Below are positions 23,078-33,794 of a stretch of DNA of 64,000 nt, in pieces. The notes below the pieces were generated by a model. It searched no databases and had not been told where the DNA came from. It worked only from the letters and a program-made list of their open reading frames with translations. Origin of the DNA: Acidobacteriota bacterium (GTDB lineage: Bacteria > Acidobacteriota > UBA6911). The stretch covers positions 992,001 to 1,056,000 of the forward strand of contig OY761556.1 in NCBI GenBank assembly GCA_963664705.1. Direction: 5' to 3'. Each line of letters begins with the position of its first letter. Within the stretch, counting starts at the first letter, position 1. Both the position numbers and the translations under genes were made by a program.

Positions 23078-24997
23078 TTATTTTCTCCCGGATACAGGGT
23101 TGGAGTAGTGAAACGGGACTTCGATGATTTTCGGGAAGGGAGTGGAAACAATACCCTTTGCATTGGCGTCGATATCCGCCCAGCCTCTTTTGTAATCGGC
23201 CGTCCAGGTATAATCCAGGTCCATGCCGCTGAGCTTCCACACTCCACCCTCAACGGCAGTGCTGCATTCATAAATGCCGGAGATCCATGAGCCGCTGCCT
23301 CCCGAAGCGCCTGCAAGCTGAAATAGTCTTACCCTCATCTTGGTGCTCTGACCATCCGACGCGACGTGAATAACGGGCTGAATCAGCTGGTGGGCTATCA
23401 GAAACTCATACGACTTTTTGCCCGGATATCGGCGCTTCAGGGATTCCCGAATGTTTTCGCGCCCGGTATCCACGCCGATGCCGGACAGATCCCTTTTGGC
23501 ATCCAATGTAAAAAGATCGGCGGTTTCGTCCCACATGAAATCATCCAGATAATAGCCGTAGGCGGAGGCAAGGTTTTCGGACGCATCGTAGGCGACTGCA
23601 GCCCCGAGCATTCGTTCCGTTTCGGAGATCGCATCCGGAAGGCTCGCCGCAGCGGGCAGTCGCGGTTCATTCCGGGGCGTTCTATCCGGTCGATCGTGGT
23701 GGTTTGAGCGGGTGGCGCCTGGGTATTGTGGCGCAAGGCCCGTAACGGGGTTGCTAAAATGGAAAGGCGGTATGAAAAACTTTGGGAAAATCGGGTAATG
23801 ATTCGCAGGAGGACGGTCGGGAGGGAATTCCTTGCTGGGACCGGGGGCGGGCTGTGCATCGCGGGCCCATCCTTTTGAATAATCAGTGATCAGCCTCGGG
23901 AAAAAGCGCAGCGACTTGATTTGCCAGGTTCCGTTTCTCTTGACGAACTCATTTTCAAATGTGCCTTCTCTCCATTCGGCGCTTTTGCCGTTGATTCCCC
24001 ACATCGTCAACTCGGTGCTTCGGGCCTTTGCCATGCGACCGCCAGGCTCAACAGTGACAATGGTCTGGAGCTGAAGGTGGTCATTCAACTCTCCTTCGCG
24101 CAGCCCTCCGGCTCCATACTGATCCAGAGCTCGCCGGATACTTGCTTTTCCGACATACACCCCCTGCAATCCCAGCTCCATCGAAGCGTCCGGGGCGAAC
24201 AGGTCTGCCACGTGATCCCACATTTTCCGGTCAACGTAATAGCCATAGATGCGCTGGAGATTTTCGACCTCCTGGGCATCGACCAGTTGCCTGACACGAT
24301 GCTGGAGCATCGCCGCATGTTTGCGAAGATCCTGCGGGCTTGCCGTAGGCTGATCCGGCATGAGGACGCTGGCGGATTCGGGAATGGGGACTCCGACCAT
24401 GGCTGGCGTGTAGTGCACCGGTGTTGCTTCTTTATCGGTTGTCCAGCCCGGCTGTTCGTATAGACCCGTGTACCTGGAGTAGTAATGCAGATCTTTTATT
24501 TTCCAGACACCCTTTTCGAGTACATATTCATTTTCGTAGATGCCTCCGGCCCAGACGGCATTGCTTCCGAAATTTCCCAGCATTGCCAGAACGCGCCATC
24601 GCCCTTTTGCGGCTTTTCCGCCAGGCGCTAAAGTCACAACGGGTTCCAGCATGAAATGCGGGTAGAACATTCCGTCGACCAGTCCAAGTTTTCCTTTGCC
24701 AATGTCCGTGAGAAAAAGCTTCCGAATCGCATCCTTTCCCAGAGTGCCGGATGGATAATGCCCGACACCGTTTTCGGCAAACAGGTCCGCAAGATCATTC
24801 CACAATCCGAATTCGGCATAATGTCCATAGGCATACTGGAGACGCTTGATGTTGCGGATAGCTTCGGCGCTTTCCACGCGGGATTCGAGGCGATGAAGAC
24901 GCTGCTGGAGGGGGATGGATTCCGCTGGCTTATCGGCTCCGAGGGTGAAAGCACCGCACAGAAATGTCAGACAGAGTACCGCAGGGAATTTTTTCAT
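23078..24997 (-). CDS. Secreted protein with three tandem SnoaL/NTF2-like domains
   Basis: Signal peptide; three repeats LQYAYGHYAEFGLWNDLADLF, LQRIYGYYVDRKMWDHVADLF and LASAYGYYLDDFMWDETADLF. Confidence 0.8.
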   Translation of the reverse strand: MKKFPAVLCLTFLCGAFTLGADKPAESIPLQQRLHRLESRVESAEAIRNIKRLQYAYGHYAEFGLWNDLADLFAENGVGHYPSGTLGKDAIRKLFLTDIGKGKLGLVDGMFYPHFMLEPVVTLAPGGKAAKGRWRVLAMLGNFGSNAVWAGGIYENEYVLEKGVWKIKDLHYYSRYTGLYEQPGWTTDKEATPVHYTPAMVGVPIPESASVLMPDQPTASPQDLRKHAAMLQHRVRQLVDAQEVENLQRIYGYYVDRKMWDHVADLFAPDASMELGLQGVYVGKASIRRALDQYGAGGLREGELNDHLQLQTIVTVEPGGRMAKARSTELTMWGINGKSAEWREGTFENEFVKRNGTWQIKSLRFFPRLITDYSKGWARDAQPAPGPSKEFPPDRPPANHYPIFPKFFIPPFHFSNPVTGLAPQYPGATRSNHHDRPDRTPRNEPRLPAAASLPDAISETERMLGAAVAYDASENLASAYGYYLDDFMWDETADLFTLDAKRDLSGIGVDTGRENIRESLKRRYPGKKSYEFLIAHQLIQPVIHVASDGQSTKMRVRLFQLAGASGGSGSWISGIYECSTAVEGGVWKLSGMDLDYTWTADYKRGWADIDANAKGIVSTPFPKIIEVPFHYSNPVSGRK

Positions 24998-25012
24998 ATC
25001 GCAGGAACCCGT

Positions 25013-25036
25013 GCTGGGAGCGCCGGCGCTCCCAGC
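25013..25036. repeat. Perfect 24-bp GC-rich palindrome, REP-like
   Basis: GCTGGGAGCGCC|GGCGCTCCCAGC in an intergenic gap. Confidence 0.6.
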
Positions 25037-25046
25037 GGCGCTAGCG

Positions 25047-26420
25047 TTATTCGGTAATTCCGTAGCGCTTGATTTTGGAAATGAGCGATACGCGCGAGAT
25101 GCCCAGGATCTCGGCGGCGGCAGTTCGATTGCCTTCCGTCAATTTAAGCGTACTTTGAATATGTGCTGCCTCGACTTCATTGAGTGTCTTGCGTTCCGAC
25201 GGAGGTACGGATACAGACCGGGTAGTATTGACCGCATTCAAAACATAGCGGGGCAATGAGCGCCGCGTCAGCGTCCTTCCGGTTTCGACCACCACGGCCT
25301 CGGCAATGATATTGTCCAGTTCGCGCACATTTCCCGGGAAGTCGTACAGATCAAGCAGGTCAATAACGTCCTGTTCGATCAGGGAGATGGACTTGTTGTT
25401 TGTCCGGTTATGCTTTTCGAGAAAGCAGTTTGCCAGCAGTTCTACATCCCCCTCGCGCTCGCGCAGCGGCGGGAGGAAAACCGAGCAAATGTTCAGTCGG
25501 TAATAGAGATCCCGACGGAAGCGTCCTTTGTCGATTTCATCTGCGAGATCTTTATTTGTGCATGCGATGATCCGAACATCCGATCCGCGTTTTTCCGTGG
25601 AGCCGACGCGAAAGTACTCCCCCTCCTGCAGCACGCGCAGCAGTTTGGATTGCACAGGCAGTTCCAGTTCGCCGATTTCATCCAGCACAAGGGTGCCGCC
25701 ATCGGCTTTCTCGAAAAAGCCGGCCTTGCTTTGGATGGCGCCGGTGAAAGCACCTCGCTCGTGCCCAAAAAATTCCGAAGAAAACAGTTCCGAAGCGAAT
25801 GTCCCCGCATTTACCGCGAGGAAGGGCCTGTCTTTTCGGCGGCTGATCTGGTGAATGGCGCGTGCTACCAATTCTTTGCCGGTTCCGCTTTCTCCCCAGA
25901 TCAATACATAGTTTTCGCTTTCGGCGATCTGGTCTACGCGCTGAAGCACCCTGAGGAATGCTTTGTTCTGCGTAATGACCGACTGAAAGGCTTCCTTGTG
26001 ACGCAATCCCTCCAGGTTTACCTGGTCACGCAATTTTGATATTTCGCCCCGCATCTGAGATCGTTCCAGGGCCCGTTCCAAAACAATGAGGAGGCGGCCG
26101 TTATCTACTGGCTTGCATAGATAATCATAGGCGCCGATTTTCATCGATTCGACCGCAAGCTGCACATCTTCAACACCGGTAATGACAATGACCTCGATGC
26201 CGGGGTGTTTTTCCTTCACATAAGCAAGCACTTCACGGCCGTGGACAACAGGCATATCCATGTCCAGCAGAATGGCGTCGAAATTTCCCGAGTCAATGAC
26301 GTCGAATGCCTTGGTGCTGTCGCTCAAGACCTGGACTTCGTAATGCTGAGTCTGGGCAAGAAGAATCATGAAGTAATTGAGAACGGCAACATCGTCGTCG
26401 ATCACCAGAACGCGGTTCAT
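25047..26420 (-). CDS. Sigma-54-dependent response regulator (NtrC/AtoC family)
   Basis: REC domain; GESGTGKE; GAFTGA; FRRDLYYRL; C-terminal Fis-type HTH. Confidence 0.95.
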   Translation of the reverse strand: MNRVLVIDDDVAVLNYFMILLAQTQHYEVQVLSDSTKAFDVIDSGNFDAILLDMDMPVVHGREVLAYVKEKHPGIEVIVITGVEDVQLAVESMKIGAYDYLCKPVDNGRLLIVLERALERSQMRGEISKLRDQVNLEGLRHKEAFQSVITQNKAFLRVLQRVDQIAESENYVLIWGESGTGKELVARAIHQISRRKDRPFLAVNAGTFASELFSSEFFGHERGAFTGAIQSKAGFFEKADGGTLVLDEIGELELPVQSKLLRVLQEGEYFRVGSTEKRGSDVRIIACTNKDLADEIDKGRFRRDLYYRLNICSVFLPPLREREGDVELLANCFLEKHNRTNNKSISLIEQDVIDLLDLYDFPGNVRELDNIIAEAVVVETGRTLTRRSLPRYVLNAVNTTRSVSVPPSERKTLNEVEAAHIQSTLKLTEGNRTAAAEILGISRVSLISKIKRYGITE

Positions 26421-26422
26421 TC

Positions 26423-27880
26423 CTAACTCCTTGAGGATGCTGCGGGAAGATGGTATCGAAGCGTCGTGCCCTCTCCAAGCTTCGTATCGACATCAACCGA
26501 TCCCTGATGATCCTTGATGATACCGTAGGCCACCGAGAGGCCTAATCCCATGCCGCCAGTTTGTTGTTTTGTTGTGAAAAATGGGTCAAACAGCCTGCTT
26601 TTGACCTCTTCCGTCATGCCCGGGCCATTATCCGAAATGCAGATGCTTACACGCATCCGCTGCGGGTCGTGGACGGTTTTTACCTCGATGGCGCCGCCCG
26701 GTCTTTCTCCAAGTGCTTCGGAGGCGTTGATGAGATTGGCTACGATTACCTGTTCGATTTTGTTGGCGCTTCCTTTGACCTTGGGCAGGTCCGGATCCAG
26801 CTCGCTGGTTACCTTGTAGCGCTTGATCTTATTGTGGACGAGCCTGAGGCTGGAGCGGATCGATTCATTGATGTCGACCGTTTCATCCAGCGCCGCGCCA
26901 TCCGCGCGAGCGAACTTCTTCAGATCCCTCACAATGTCGGCAATCCGAACGGTGCCGTTGGACATGTCCTTCAGAAGCGTCGAAATGTGTTGCCGGAACA
27001 GCGGATAGTCAAGCCGGGCCACCTTGAACCCCGGATTCAGTTCGAAATGACGGTCGATAATCGGGAGCATGCAATCCATCGCTTCGCTGAGGATGCGCAT
27101 GTTACCCTGGATGAACTGAATAGGATTATTGATCTCATGGGCCATGCCCGCAGAAAGCCTGCCCAGAGATACCAGCTTTTCCGACTGGACCAGTTGCTGC
27201 TGTTGTTCCCGGAGCACGTTGTTTGCCTCTTCAAGGTCGACCGATTTCTTTTCCAACATGCTCCTGGCCTGCATGAGTCCATATTCGCGGTCCCGCAGGT
27301 TTTGCACGATGGTGGAACTCATCGAGATCGTGCTGAGGATCAGGATAAGAAGGGCCACGCTGACGGCGAGGATATACCACGGGTTCTGGTATCCCGTGGT
27401 GCCGATCTCCCGGATGGTGTAATGCGGGATGATGCCAGTGTATTCCAGGAAAACGACGAGGAGGAAGAGGAGGTACGCAAAAAGTCCTTGCGACCATATC
27501 TGCGGACGCCGGAGCATCAGGCTGCCAATAATGACGTGGAGAAGATAAAGAAATATAAATGGAGTTTCGATTCCCCCCGCGAAGTGAATGACCATGGTCA
27601 AGGACAGGTAGTCGGCGTAAACCTGTCGATTGGCCGCTCTCTGCGCGCGCTTGGGATAGTGAATCCCAAGCCGCTCAATGTAGACATGACGCAGCGAGAA
27701 TCCGAGGTTATACGCAAAAATGAATCCGCCGACCAGAAGCAGCTTGAGATAGGGAAGATGGATCCCTGCAGACCAGCAGATGCCGAGCGTCAGAAACAGA
27801 CCGGCAATAAAAGCCCAGCGGATCCGGATGAACCATCCGATCCGGGAGAACAGTTCTTCTTCAATAAAAAGCCGGTCCAT
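26423..27880 (-). CDS. Multi-TM sensor histidine kinase (NtrB-like transmitter)
   Basis: About 6 TM segments; AGMAHEINNP; DNGPG; GMGLGL. Confidence 0.9.
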   Translation of the reverse strand: MDRLFIEEELFSRIGWFIRIRWAFIAGLFLTLGICWSAGIHLPYLKLLLVGGFIFAYNLGFSLRHVYIERLGIHYPKRAQRAANRQVYADYLSLTMVIHFAGGIETPFIFLYLLHVIIGSLMLRRPQIWSQGLFAYLLFLLVVFLEYTGIIPHYTIREIGTTGYQNPWYILAVSVALLILILSTISMSSTIVQNLRDREYGLMQARSMLEKKSVDLEEANNVLREQQQQLVQSEKLVSLGRLSAGMAHEINNPIQFIQGNMRILSEAMDCMLPIIDRHFELNPGFKVARLDYPLFRQHISTLLKDMSNGTVRIADIVRDLKKFARADGAALDETVDINESIRSSLRLVHNKIKRYKVTSELDPDLPKVKGSANKIEQVIVANLINASEALGERPGGAIEVKTVHDPQRMRVSICISDNGPGMTEEVKSRLFDPFFTTKQQTGGMGLGLSVAYGIIKDHQGSVDVDTKLGEGTTLRYHLPAASSRS

Positions 27881-28138
27881 AGAAAGGGTAATGTCTCCGA
27901 AGGAACACTACATGATATGGGAAAGTTCATTTTGAAGCCACTTCATAATAATCTGCCTGCATAAATCACCGGGGAGATAGCAGATTCTCCTGACTCGACA
28001 GAATTAGACACATGTTTATCAGCATTCCTGGAATTAGCAAATGAAGCTGGGATCTGTGGAGGGCGAAGCCTTCGGAGTGCTTTGGCTTGCCACGGCCTTC
28101 GGCTTTTATTGGTTTTCAAGGGCGGCCGCAAGCTGCCT

Positions 28139-28172
28139 CCGGGCCGTCGGTACTGAATGCCGACGGCCCGGC
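28139..28172 (-). terminator. Stable hairpin just downstream of the oxidoreductase operon
   Basis: CCGGGCCGTCGG-N9-CCGACGGCCCGG 12-bp inverted repeat; no clear U-tract. Confidence 0.4.
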
Positions 28173-28199
28173 AAACGGCAAGAGTAGTTGGATTGAAGA

Positions 28200-31100
28200 T
28201 TATTGGCGCATCTCCGCCAGCTTTTTCTCCAATATCCCATCAAGGGTGGCATAGGGGAAGAAGTTTGCGGTTGAGGCGGTGGTATCGATTCGGAGCGGAA
28301 CCAGTGCTCCGGAATACATATCCTCTCTTGGGACCGCGGCCGGTTTTCCCTTTCTCTCATCCCGTTCGGACGGGTTGCTTCCCATTGCGGACACCAATCC
28401 AGCCCGGATGGCGACCGGGTTGACGCTTATGGGCGGGTGGCCGGTGGCTGTGGCAAGTTTGGCCAGCAGTTCTCCATTGGTCAAGCCTCCAACCGGGCGG
28501 CTGCCCGGATGGACGTCGATGATCTGCCGGTCAAAGCTCACGATGGTTCCTTCTGATTCGGCCAGCGTAGCGCCTGGGAGCACAACTTCGGCCGCACGCG
28601 CTGTTTCGGTCAGGAAGTGATCGATGACAACAAGCGACTCAATAGCCGCGAAATCCTTGGCCGCGCGATAGTCCCCCAGCGGGTTTTCGAACATGACAAG
28701 GGCTGCCCGCAGCTTTTCCATATTCAACGTATTGTCGATGCCGGCGAACTTAGCGCCTACGCTGTTGCAATCCGATCTCAGAAGCAGCAGCCCTTTCCCG
28801 AGGCCCCGGATGTTGCCGGTCAGCATCAGGATCTGAGCCAGCCCGCGCAGGTCATCGGTCGAGCGTTCAAGGGTGTCGTCCAGATCGTAGACGGCAAGCA
28901 CCTTGCGCGCTTTGGTGATCTTTTCCACGCAAGCGCGGATCCTGGACATTTCCACGCCGGATACCATTGCAACGCCGTCCAGAGTCAGGGATTCAAGCGA
29001 GTCTCGGAGGGCACGCAGATCCGCTTTCTCAGAGACGCTGGCCGGATCGTTGGCCAGGATCAGATCAAGGATAGCGGCAAATGTGATTCCGGTTGTGCCA
29101 CGCTTCGTATCCAGCCACAAGTCCTCCGGGCGAAGCAGGTCGATCTGGCCGGAATTGAGCACAATCATTTCTGCGCCACGCTTCAGTGCCCGCCGGATCG
29201 CCATGCCAAGCACAGGGTGGGTGACGCTTGGATCTGCGCCGGCAACGATAATCAGATCCGCGTGATTGATATCGTCCATGGTGCACGTGGAAGCGGTATC
29301 GCCGAGGATCTTGTCCAGATCGTGGCGAGGTCCGCCCCTACGGTTTTGCCCGAAGCTTCCGACCTCCGTGGTCCCCAGGCCGTTTGCCAGGTGGTGGACA
29401 AGCAGGGCTTCTTCCACGGTCATTCGCGGGCATGCCATGATACCGATGGATTCCGGGCCATGAGCTTTGGCCGCTTTTTGCAGCACCGCTGCGGCGGCTG
29501 TGAGCGCTTCATCCCAGCTCGCTTCCGTCAGTTTTCCATTCTTTCTGACCAGCGGCTTATGCAGACGTCCCGGCCCTTGAATCAGCCCTGTGCCGAACCG
29601 TCCTTTGAGGCACAATTCGCCCCTGGCCAGGCTGGAGGATTCCGGCGCCGTTGCCCAGAGGAGACCGTCCGCGACGACATTCAAATCCAGATCGCAGCCG
29701 ATCGAACAGAAATTGCAGACCGATGGGACCTTTTTGGTTTTCCACGGGCCCTGGCGGCCATAATCGAGCTTGGCTTCCAGCGCTCCGGTCGGGCAGCTTT
29801 CAACGCAGGCGCCGCAGGCGATGCAGGCGCTTTCCACCATGGATTTCCCCATGGCCGGTCGCACGGTTGTTGCAAAACCGCGACCGACAAAGCCGAGCAC
29901 GGAAAGCCCGACAACATCGGCGCAGGTTCTTACGCAACGTCCGCATAAAATGCATTTGTTCGGGTCGAGGGAAATCAGCGGATGGCTGCGGTCCACTTTA
30001 TGGCGGCGCACTTCGCCGGCCACTCTGGAGATGTCGACGTGATATTCCGCGGCGTAGCGCTTCAAATCGCAACCGAATACCGTCTTGCATCCGCATTCCA
30101 TACAGCGGATGGCCTCACCCTTCATCTGGTGTTCGTTCAGCCCCGTTTCAACCTGGTAGAAGTCATGAATGCGCACCAGCGGCTCACGTTCCGGCATAGG
30201 CGAGCGCTTGTTTTGATCCACATCGCTAAAAGTTGTATTTGGAATGGTTCCAAAAAAGTCTCTTCGGCTTTGGAAATCCGGTCCGGGCTGCAGTACCTTG
30301 CCGGTCTTCAGATATCCATCGATCGCAAGTGCGGCAAAGCGTCCATGCGCAATCGCGTCAATTACCGCGGATGGGCCAATGACGACGTCGCCCCCTGCAA
30401 AGACCCCCTTGATGTTGGTTGCCATCGTTTTCGGGTCCGCCTGGAGTGTTGACCATTTGCTGGCGGCGGGGTGGAGATTCTCCGGTTCCTTGCTCAGTGC
30501 CGTGAGATCGGTATCCTGTCCTATGGCCGCAAAGATATACTCGCAGTGGAAGTCGGTGACCGCTCCCTTGATGGGGACCGGTTTGCGTCTGCCGCTCGCA
30601 TCGGGCTCGCCCAGTTCCATGCGCTGGCACCGGATTGCCTTGAGCTTGCCGTTTTCAGCAATCAGTTCCAGCGGAGATACCAGGAGTTCCAGCTTCACGC
30701 CTTCTCTCTCGGCCGCGTCCACCTCTTCATGGTGAGCGGGCATTTCAGTTCTGCTCCGGCGATACAGAATGGTTACTTCGCTGGCACCGCAGCGCAGAGC
30801 TGTCCGCGCTGCGTCGATAGCGGAGTTGCCTCCGCCCATGACGGCAACTTTTCCTTTCAGCCGCGGGTATCCATTGAGCTCGCAATCCCGCAGAAAATCG
30901 AGGGCGGATTTCACGCCTTCGATTTCATCTTCTCCCTGAAGGCCCATCTTCTTGCCCAGCGGGGCACCCAGAGCGATGAAAACTGAATCGAAGCGATCGT
31001 TTTCCATCAGGCTCTGAACCGTGAAGTCTTTTCCGAGTTGCACCTCGGTCTGAACGTTGATTCCGAGATCGAGAATGCCCTGGATCTCATCATCCAATTC

Positions 31101-31856
31101 TTTTCGGGGAAGTCTGTATTCGGGGATTCCATACCGGAGCATTCCGCCTAATTTGGGCAGAGACTCAAAGATCGTGACTTCATGGCCGAGTCTGGCCAGG
31201 TAATTGGCGCAGCTCAATCCTGCGGGACCCCCGCCGATGATTGCGACCTGCTTGCTGGATTTCTTGAGATTCTTTGGCAGCGTAGGGACCGTTCCCGCAT
31301 GCTCCGAAACGTAGCGCTTGACGAAGTTGATGCCGACGGCTTCGTCGACGTTGTTGCGGAGACAGCTCACTTCGCACTTTCGTACACAGACGCGTCCACA
31401 TACAACGGGAAGCGGATTCCGATCCCGAATCAATTCCAGAGATTCCTTATAGTAGCCGAGTGCAGCCAGGCTCATGTAACCCTGGATGTCGACGCCCGCC
31501 GGGCAGGAACGCTGGCCGGGGCAGACGCAATCCGCGTAGTGATCGGAGAGCAGAAGCTCCAGGGCGCTTTTCCTCGCTGTAACAATGCGCGGGCTTCGCG
31601 TCGTGACTTCCATTCCGTCCCGTATCCGGGTTACGCACGCCGGAACCAGGCGCGGCGCCCCCTTCACTTCCACCACACACAGGAAACAAGAGCCGTACGG
31701 TTCAAGCCTGGGATCGTGGCACAGGGTGGGGATTTCGTCGAAATTGTGCTTGCGTACAACATCGAGAATCGTCTGACCCGGAGCCTCGGAGACCTTCTTC
31801 CCGTTAATCATCAGCTCGACTGCTATGGATGCTCGATCTTTTATTTCTGTAGCCAT
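28200..31856 (-). CDS. Large subunit of a HydABC/NfnABC-like complex: [2Fe-2S], GltD-like FAD/NADPH domain, NuoG-like FeS and molybdopterin-fold region
   Basis: IPTLC..GSCFLC..PAC; GGGPAG and GGGNSA..YRRS; CILCGRCVRTC; CIACGACVESCP; CNFCSIGC...LCLKG. Confidence 0.85.
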   Translation of the reverse strand: MATEIKDRASIAVELMINGKKVSEAPGQTILDVVRKHNFDEIPTLCHDPRLEPYGSCFLCVVEVKGAPRLVPACVTRIRDGMEVTTRSPRIVTARKSALELLLSDHYADCVCPGQRSCPAGVDIQGYMSLAALGYYKESLELIRDRNPLPVVCGRVCVRKCEVSCLRNNVDEAVGINFVKRYVSEHAGTVPTLPKNLKKSSKQVAIIGGGPAGLSCANYLARLGHEVTIFESLPKLGGMLRYGIPEYRLPRKELDDEIQGILDLGINVQTEVQLGKDFTVQSLMENDRFDSVFIALGAPLGKKMGLQGEDEIEGVKSALDFLRDCELNGYPRLKGKVAVMGGGNSAIDAARTALRCGASEVTILYRRSRTEMPAHHEEVDAAEREGVKLELLVSPLELIAENGKLKAIRCQRMELGEPDASGRRKPVPIKGAVTDFHCEYIFAAIGQDTDLTALSKEPENLHPAASKWSTLQADPKTMATNIKGVFAGGDVVIGPSAVIDAIAHGRFAALAIDGYLKTGKVLQPGPDFQSRRDFFGTIPNTTFSDVDQNKRSPMPEREPLVRIHDFYQVETGLNEHQMKGEAIRCMECGCKTVFGCDLKRYAAEYHVDISRVAGEVRRHKVDRSHPLISLDPNKCILCGRCVRTCADVVGLSVLGFVGRGFATTVRPAMGKSMVESACIACGACVESCPTGALEAKLDYGRQGPWKTKKVPSVCNFCSIGCDLDLNVVADGLLWATAPESSSLARGELCLKGRFGTGLIQGPGRLHKPLVRKNGKLTEASWDEALTAAAAVLQKAAKAHGPESIGIMACPRMTVEEALLVHHLANGLGTTEVGSFGQNRRGGPRHDLDKILGDTASTCTMDDINHADLIIVAGADPSVTHPVLGMAIRRALKRGAEMIVLNSGQIDLLRPEDLWLDTKRGTTGITFAAILDLILANDPASVSEKADLRALRDSLESLTLDGVAMVSGVEMSRIRACVEKITKARKVLAVYDLDDTLERSTDDLRGLAQILMLTGNIRGLGKGLLLLRSDCNSVGAKFAGIDNTLNMEKLRAALVMFENPLGDYRAAKDFAAIESLVVIDHFLTETARAAEVVLPGATLAESEGTIVSFDRQIIDVHPGSRPVGGLTNGELLAKLATATGHPPISVNPVAIRAGLVSAMGSNPSERDERKGKPAAVPREDMYSGALVPLRIDTTASTANFFPYATLDGILEKKLAEMRQ

Positions 31857-31909
31857 TTTTGTGAATCTCTTTTGAGTTGGTTCCCTAAGGGCGAATCAGG
31901 AACAAAACA

Positions 31910-31937
31910 TTCATAATTCGTCATTCGTCATCCGCAA
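31910..31937. repeat. Four degenerate heptamer tandem repeats
   Basis: TTCATAA TTCGTCA TTCGTCA TCCGCAA directly after the stop of the NuoF-like gene. Confidence 0.55.
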
Positions 31938-33686
31938 TTACAATTTCTCAATGGCGCCAAAATTGCACATCGTGAGGCACTTGGCGCACTTGATGCATTT
32001 TTGTCCGTCGATCTTGTGGGGGCTCTTCTTTTCACCGGTGATGGCGCCCGTGCCACAAGACGCGATGCAGAGACCGCATCCGGTACACAAATCGCTCTTG
32101 ATGGAAAATTCGACCAGCGGCAAACAGGAATGAGCAGGGCATTTCCTGTCTTTGATGTGGGCGTTGTATTCGTCCAGGAAATAGCGGAGCGTTGTCAGAA
32201 CCGGATTCGGCGCGCTCTGCCCCAGACCGCAGAGAGAGCTCGATTTTATCTGCTCGCCAAGTTCGGACAGCAGGGCGATATCTTCTTCTTTCCCTTTTCC
32301 CGCGCAGATGCGTTCGAGGATTTCGAGCATGCGCTTTGTGCCTATGCGGCAGAAGGTGCATTTTCCGCAGGACTCATTCTGCGTAAAGGACAGGAAGAAA
32401 CGCGCTACGTCCACCATGCAGGTTGTCTCATCCATGACAACCATGCCGCCGGACCCCATGATGGCACCGGTAGCGGTAATCTGTTCGTAATCGACCGGCG
32501 TGTTTCCCAGGGATGCCGGGATGCATCCGCCCGACGGACCGCCCATCTGGACCGCTTTAAACTGGCCGCCCGAAAGCGTGCCGCCGCCGATGTCGTAGAT
32601 GACTTCATTCAGTGTCATTCCCATCGGCACTTCAACAAGCCCGCCTTTTTTGATCTTGCCGGCAAGGGCAAAAACTTTGGTCCCTTTGGATCCCGCGGTT
32701 CCCAGCCCATTGAAAGCCTCGGCGCCGTTCAGGAGAATCCACGACACATTGGCCAGGGTTTCCACATTATTAATGCAGGTGGGGTGTCCCCAAAGACCAG
32801 CTTCGACAGGGAACGGAGGCCTCACTTTCGGCATTCCGCGCTTGCCCTCGATGGATGCGATCAGCGCAGTTTCCTCACCGCACACAAAGGCTCCGGCCCC
32901 TTCCTTCAGATTCAGATGGAAATGGAAGTCCTTGCCGAGGATATTGCTGCCGAGAAAGCCCCTTGCCGTTGCCTGTGAAATCGCATGACGCAGCCGTTTG
33001 ACGGCCTCCGGGTACTCGGCCCGGACATAGATGTAGCCGGCATCGGCTCCGATCGCATAGGCCGCGATAGCCATGCCTTCAAGGACCGAGAACGGATCGC
33101 TTTCCAGAACGCTCCGATCCATAAAGGCCCCCGGGTCGCCTTCATCCGCATTGCAAATCACATATTTGTGCGCGTCCTGCGCAGCGGCGGCGAGGCGCCA
33201 TTTGGTTCCGGTCGGGAATCCTGCTCCTCCTCGGCCGCGCAGACCGGAATCGGCGATCGTTTTGACTACCTCGGACGGTTTCATTTGCGTCAGGGCTTTT
33301 TCGAGTCCCTGATAGCCTTGTCGCGCCAGGTATTCGTCGAGGCTGTCCGGGTCGATAATCCCACAGTTTCTCAGTACAATCCGTTTCTGTCGTGAACTGG
33401 ATGCATTCGCATCCGCCATCCACTCGGCTATCGGCTGACCGTTTCTGAGGTGGCTTTCAATGATCCGGTCGACTTTTTCCGGAGAAACATTGCCATAGAG
33501 GGTGGTGCCAGTGGCGTCATCTCGGACTTCAACCAACACCTCCGCATAGCACATGCCGATGCAGCCGGTCTTTTTCAGTTCGATGCTGCCGCTGTCAGAT
33601 TTGAGGAGTTCCGCAAAGCGCTGGTAGACCTTGAGACCACCGGCGGCCAGACCGCATGAGCCCAGACCGACTAAAACTTCCTGCAT
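31938..33686 (-). CDS. HydB/NuoF-like FMN/NADH subunit with N-terminal thioredoxin-like [2Fe-2S] and C-terminal 2x[4Fe-4S] domains
   Basis: GRGGAGFPTG; NADEGDPGAFMDR; GGPSG; ESCGKCTFC; CTGCGLC and CIKCAKC. Confidence 0.92.
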   Translation of the reverse strand: MQEVLVGLGSCGLAAGGLKVYQRFAELLKSDSGSIELKKTGCIGMCYAEVLVEVRDDATGTTLYGNVSPEKVDRIIESHLRNGQPIAEWMADANASSSRQKRIVLRNCGIIDPDSLDEYLARQGYQGLEKALTQMKPSEVVKTIADSGLRGRGGAGFPTGTKWRLAAAAQDAHKYVICNADEGDPGAFMDRSVLESDPFSVLEGMAIAAYAIGADAGYIYVRAEYPEAVKRLRHAISQATARGFLGSNILGKDFHFHLNLKEGAGAFVCGEETALIASIEGKRGMPKVRPPFPVEAGLWGHPTCINNVETLANVSWILLNGAEAFNGLGTAGSKGTKVFALAGKIKKGGLVEVPMGMTLNEVIYDIGGGTLSGGQFKAVQMGGPSGGCIPASLGNTPVDYEQITATGAIMGSGGMVVMDETTCMVDVARFFLSFTQNESCGKCTFCRIGTKRMLEILERICAGKGKEEDIALLSELGEQIKSSSLCGLGQSAPNPVLTTLRYFLDEYNAHIKDRKCPAHSCLPLVEFSIKSDLCTGCGLCIASCGTGAITGEKKSPHKIDGQKCIKCAKCLTMCNFGAIEKL

Positions 33687-33794
33687 AAAACCTCCGAATT
33701 GTTCCCGGTTGTAAGCCGGGTATCATCGCCGATGATTTGCGCGAGACATCGGCACACTCCGGGCATCGCCGCCCGTCCTGTGAAGGACGGGTTG

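Noticed and set aside
26561-27964. Long antisense ORFs (also 28617..29948, 32001..32978, 37508..38416 and others)
   Set aside because: Shadows of well-supported genes on the opposite strand; no motifs
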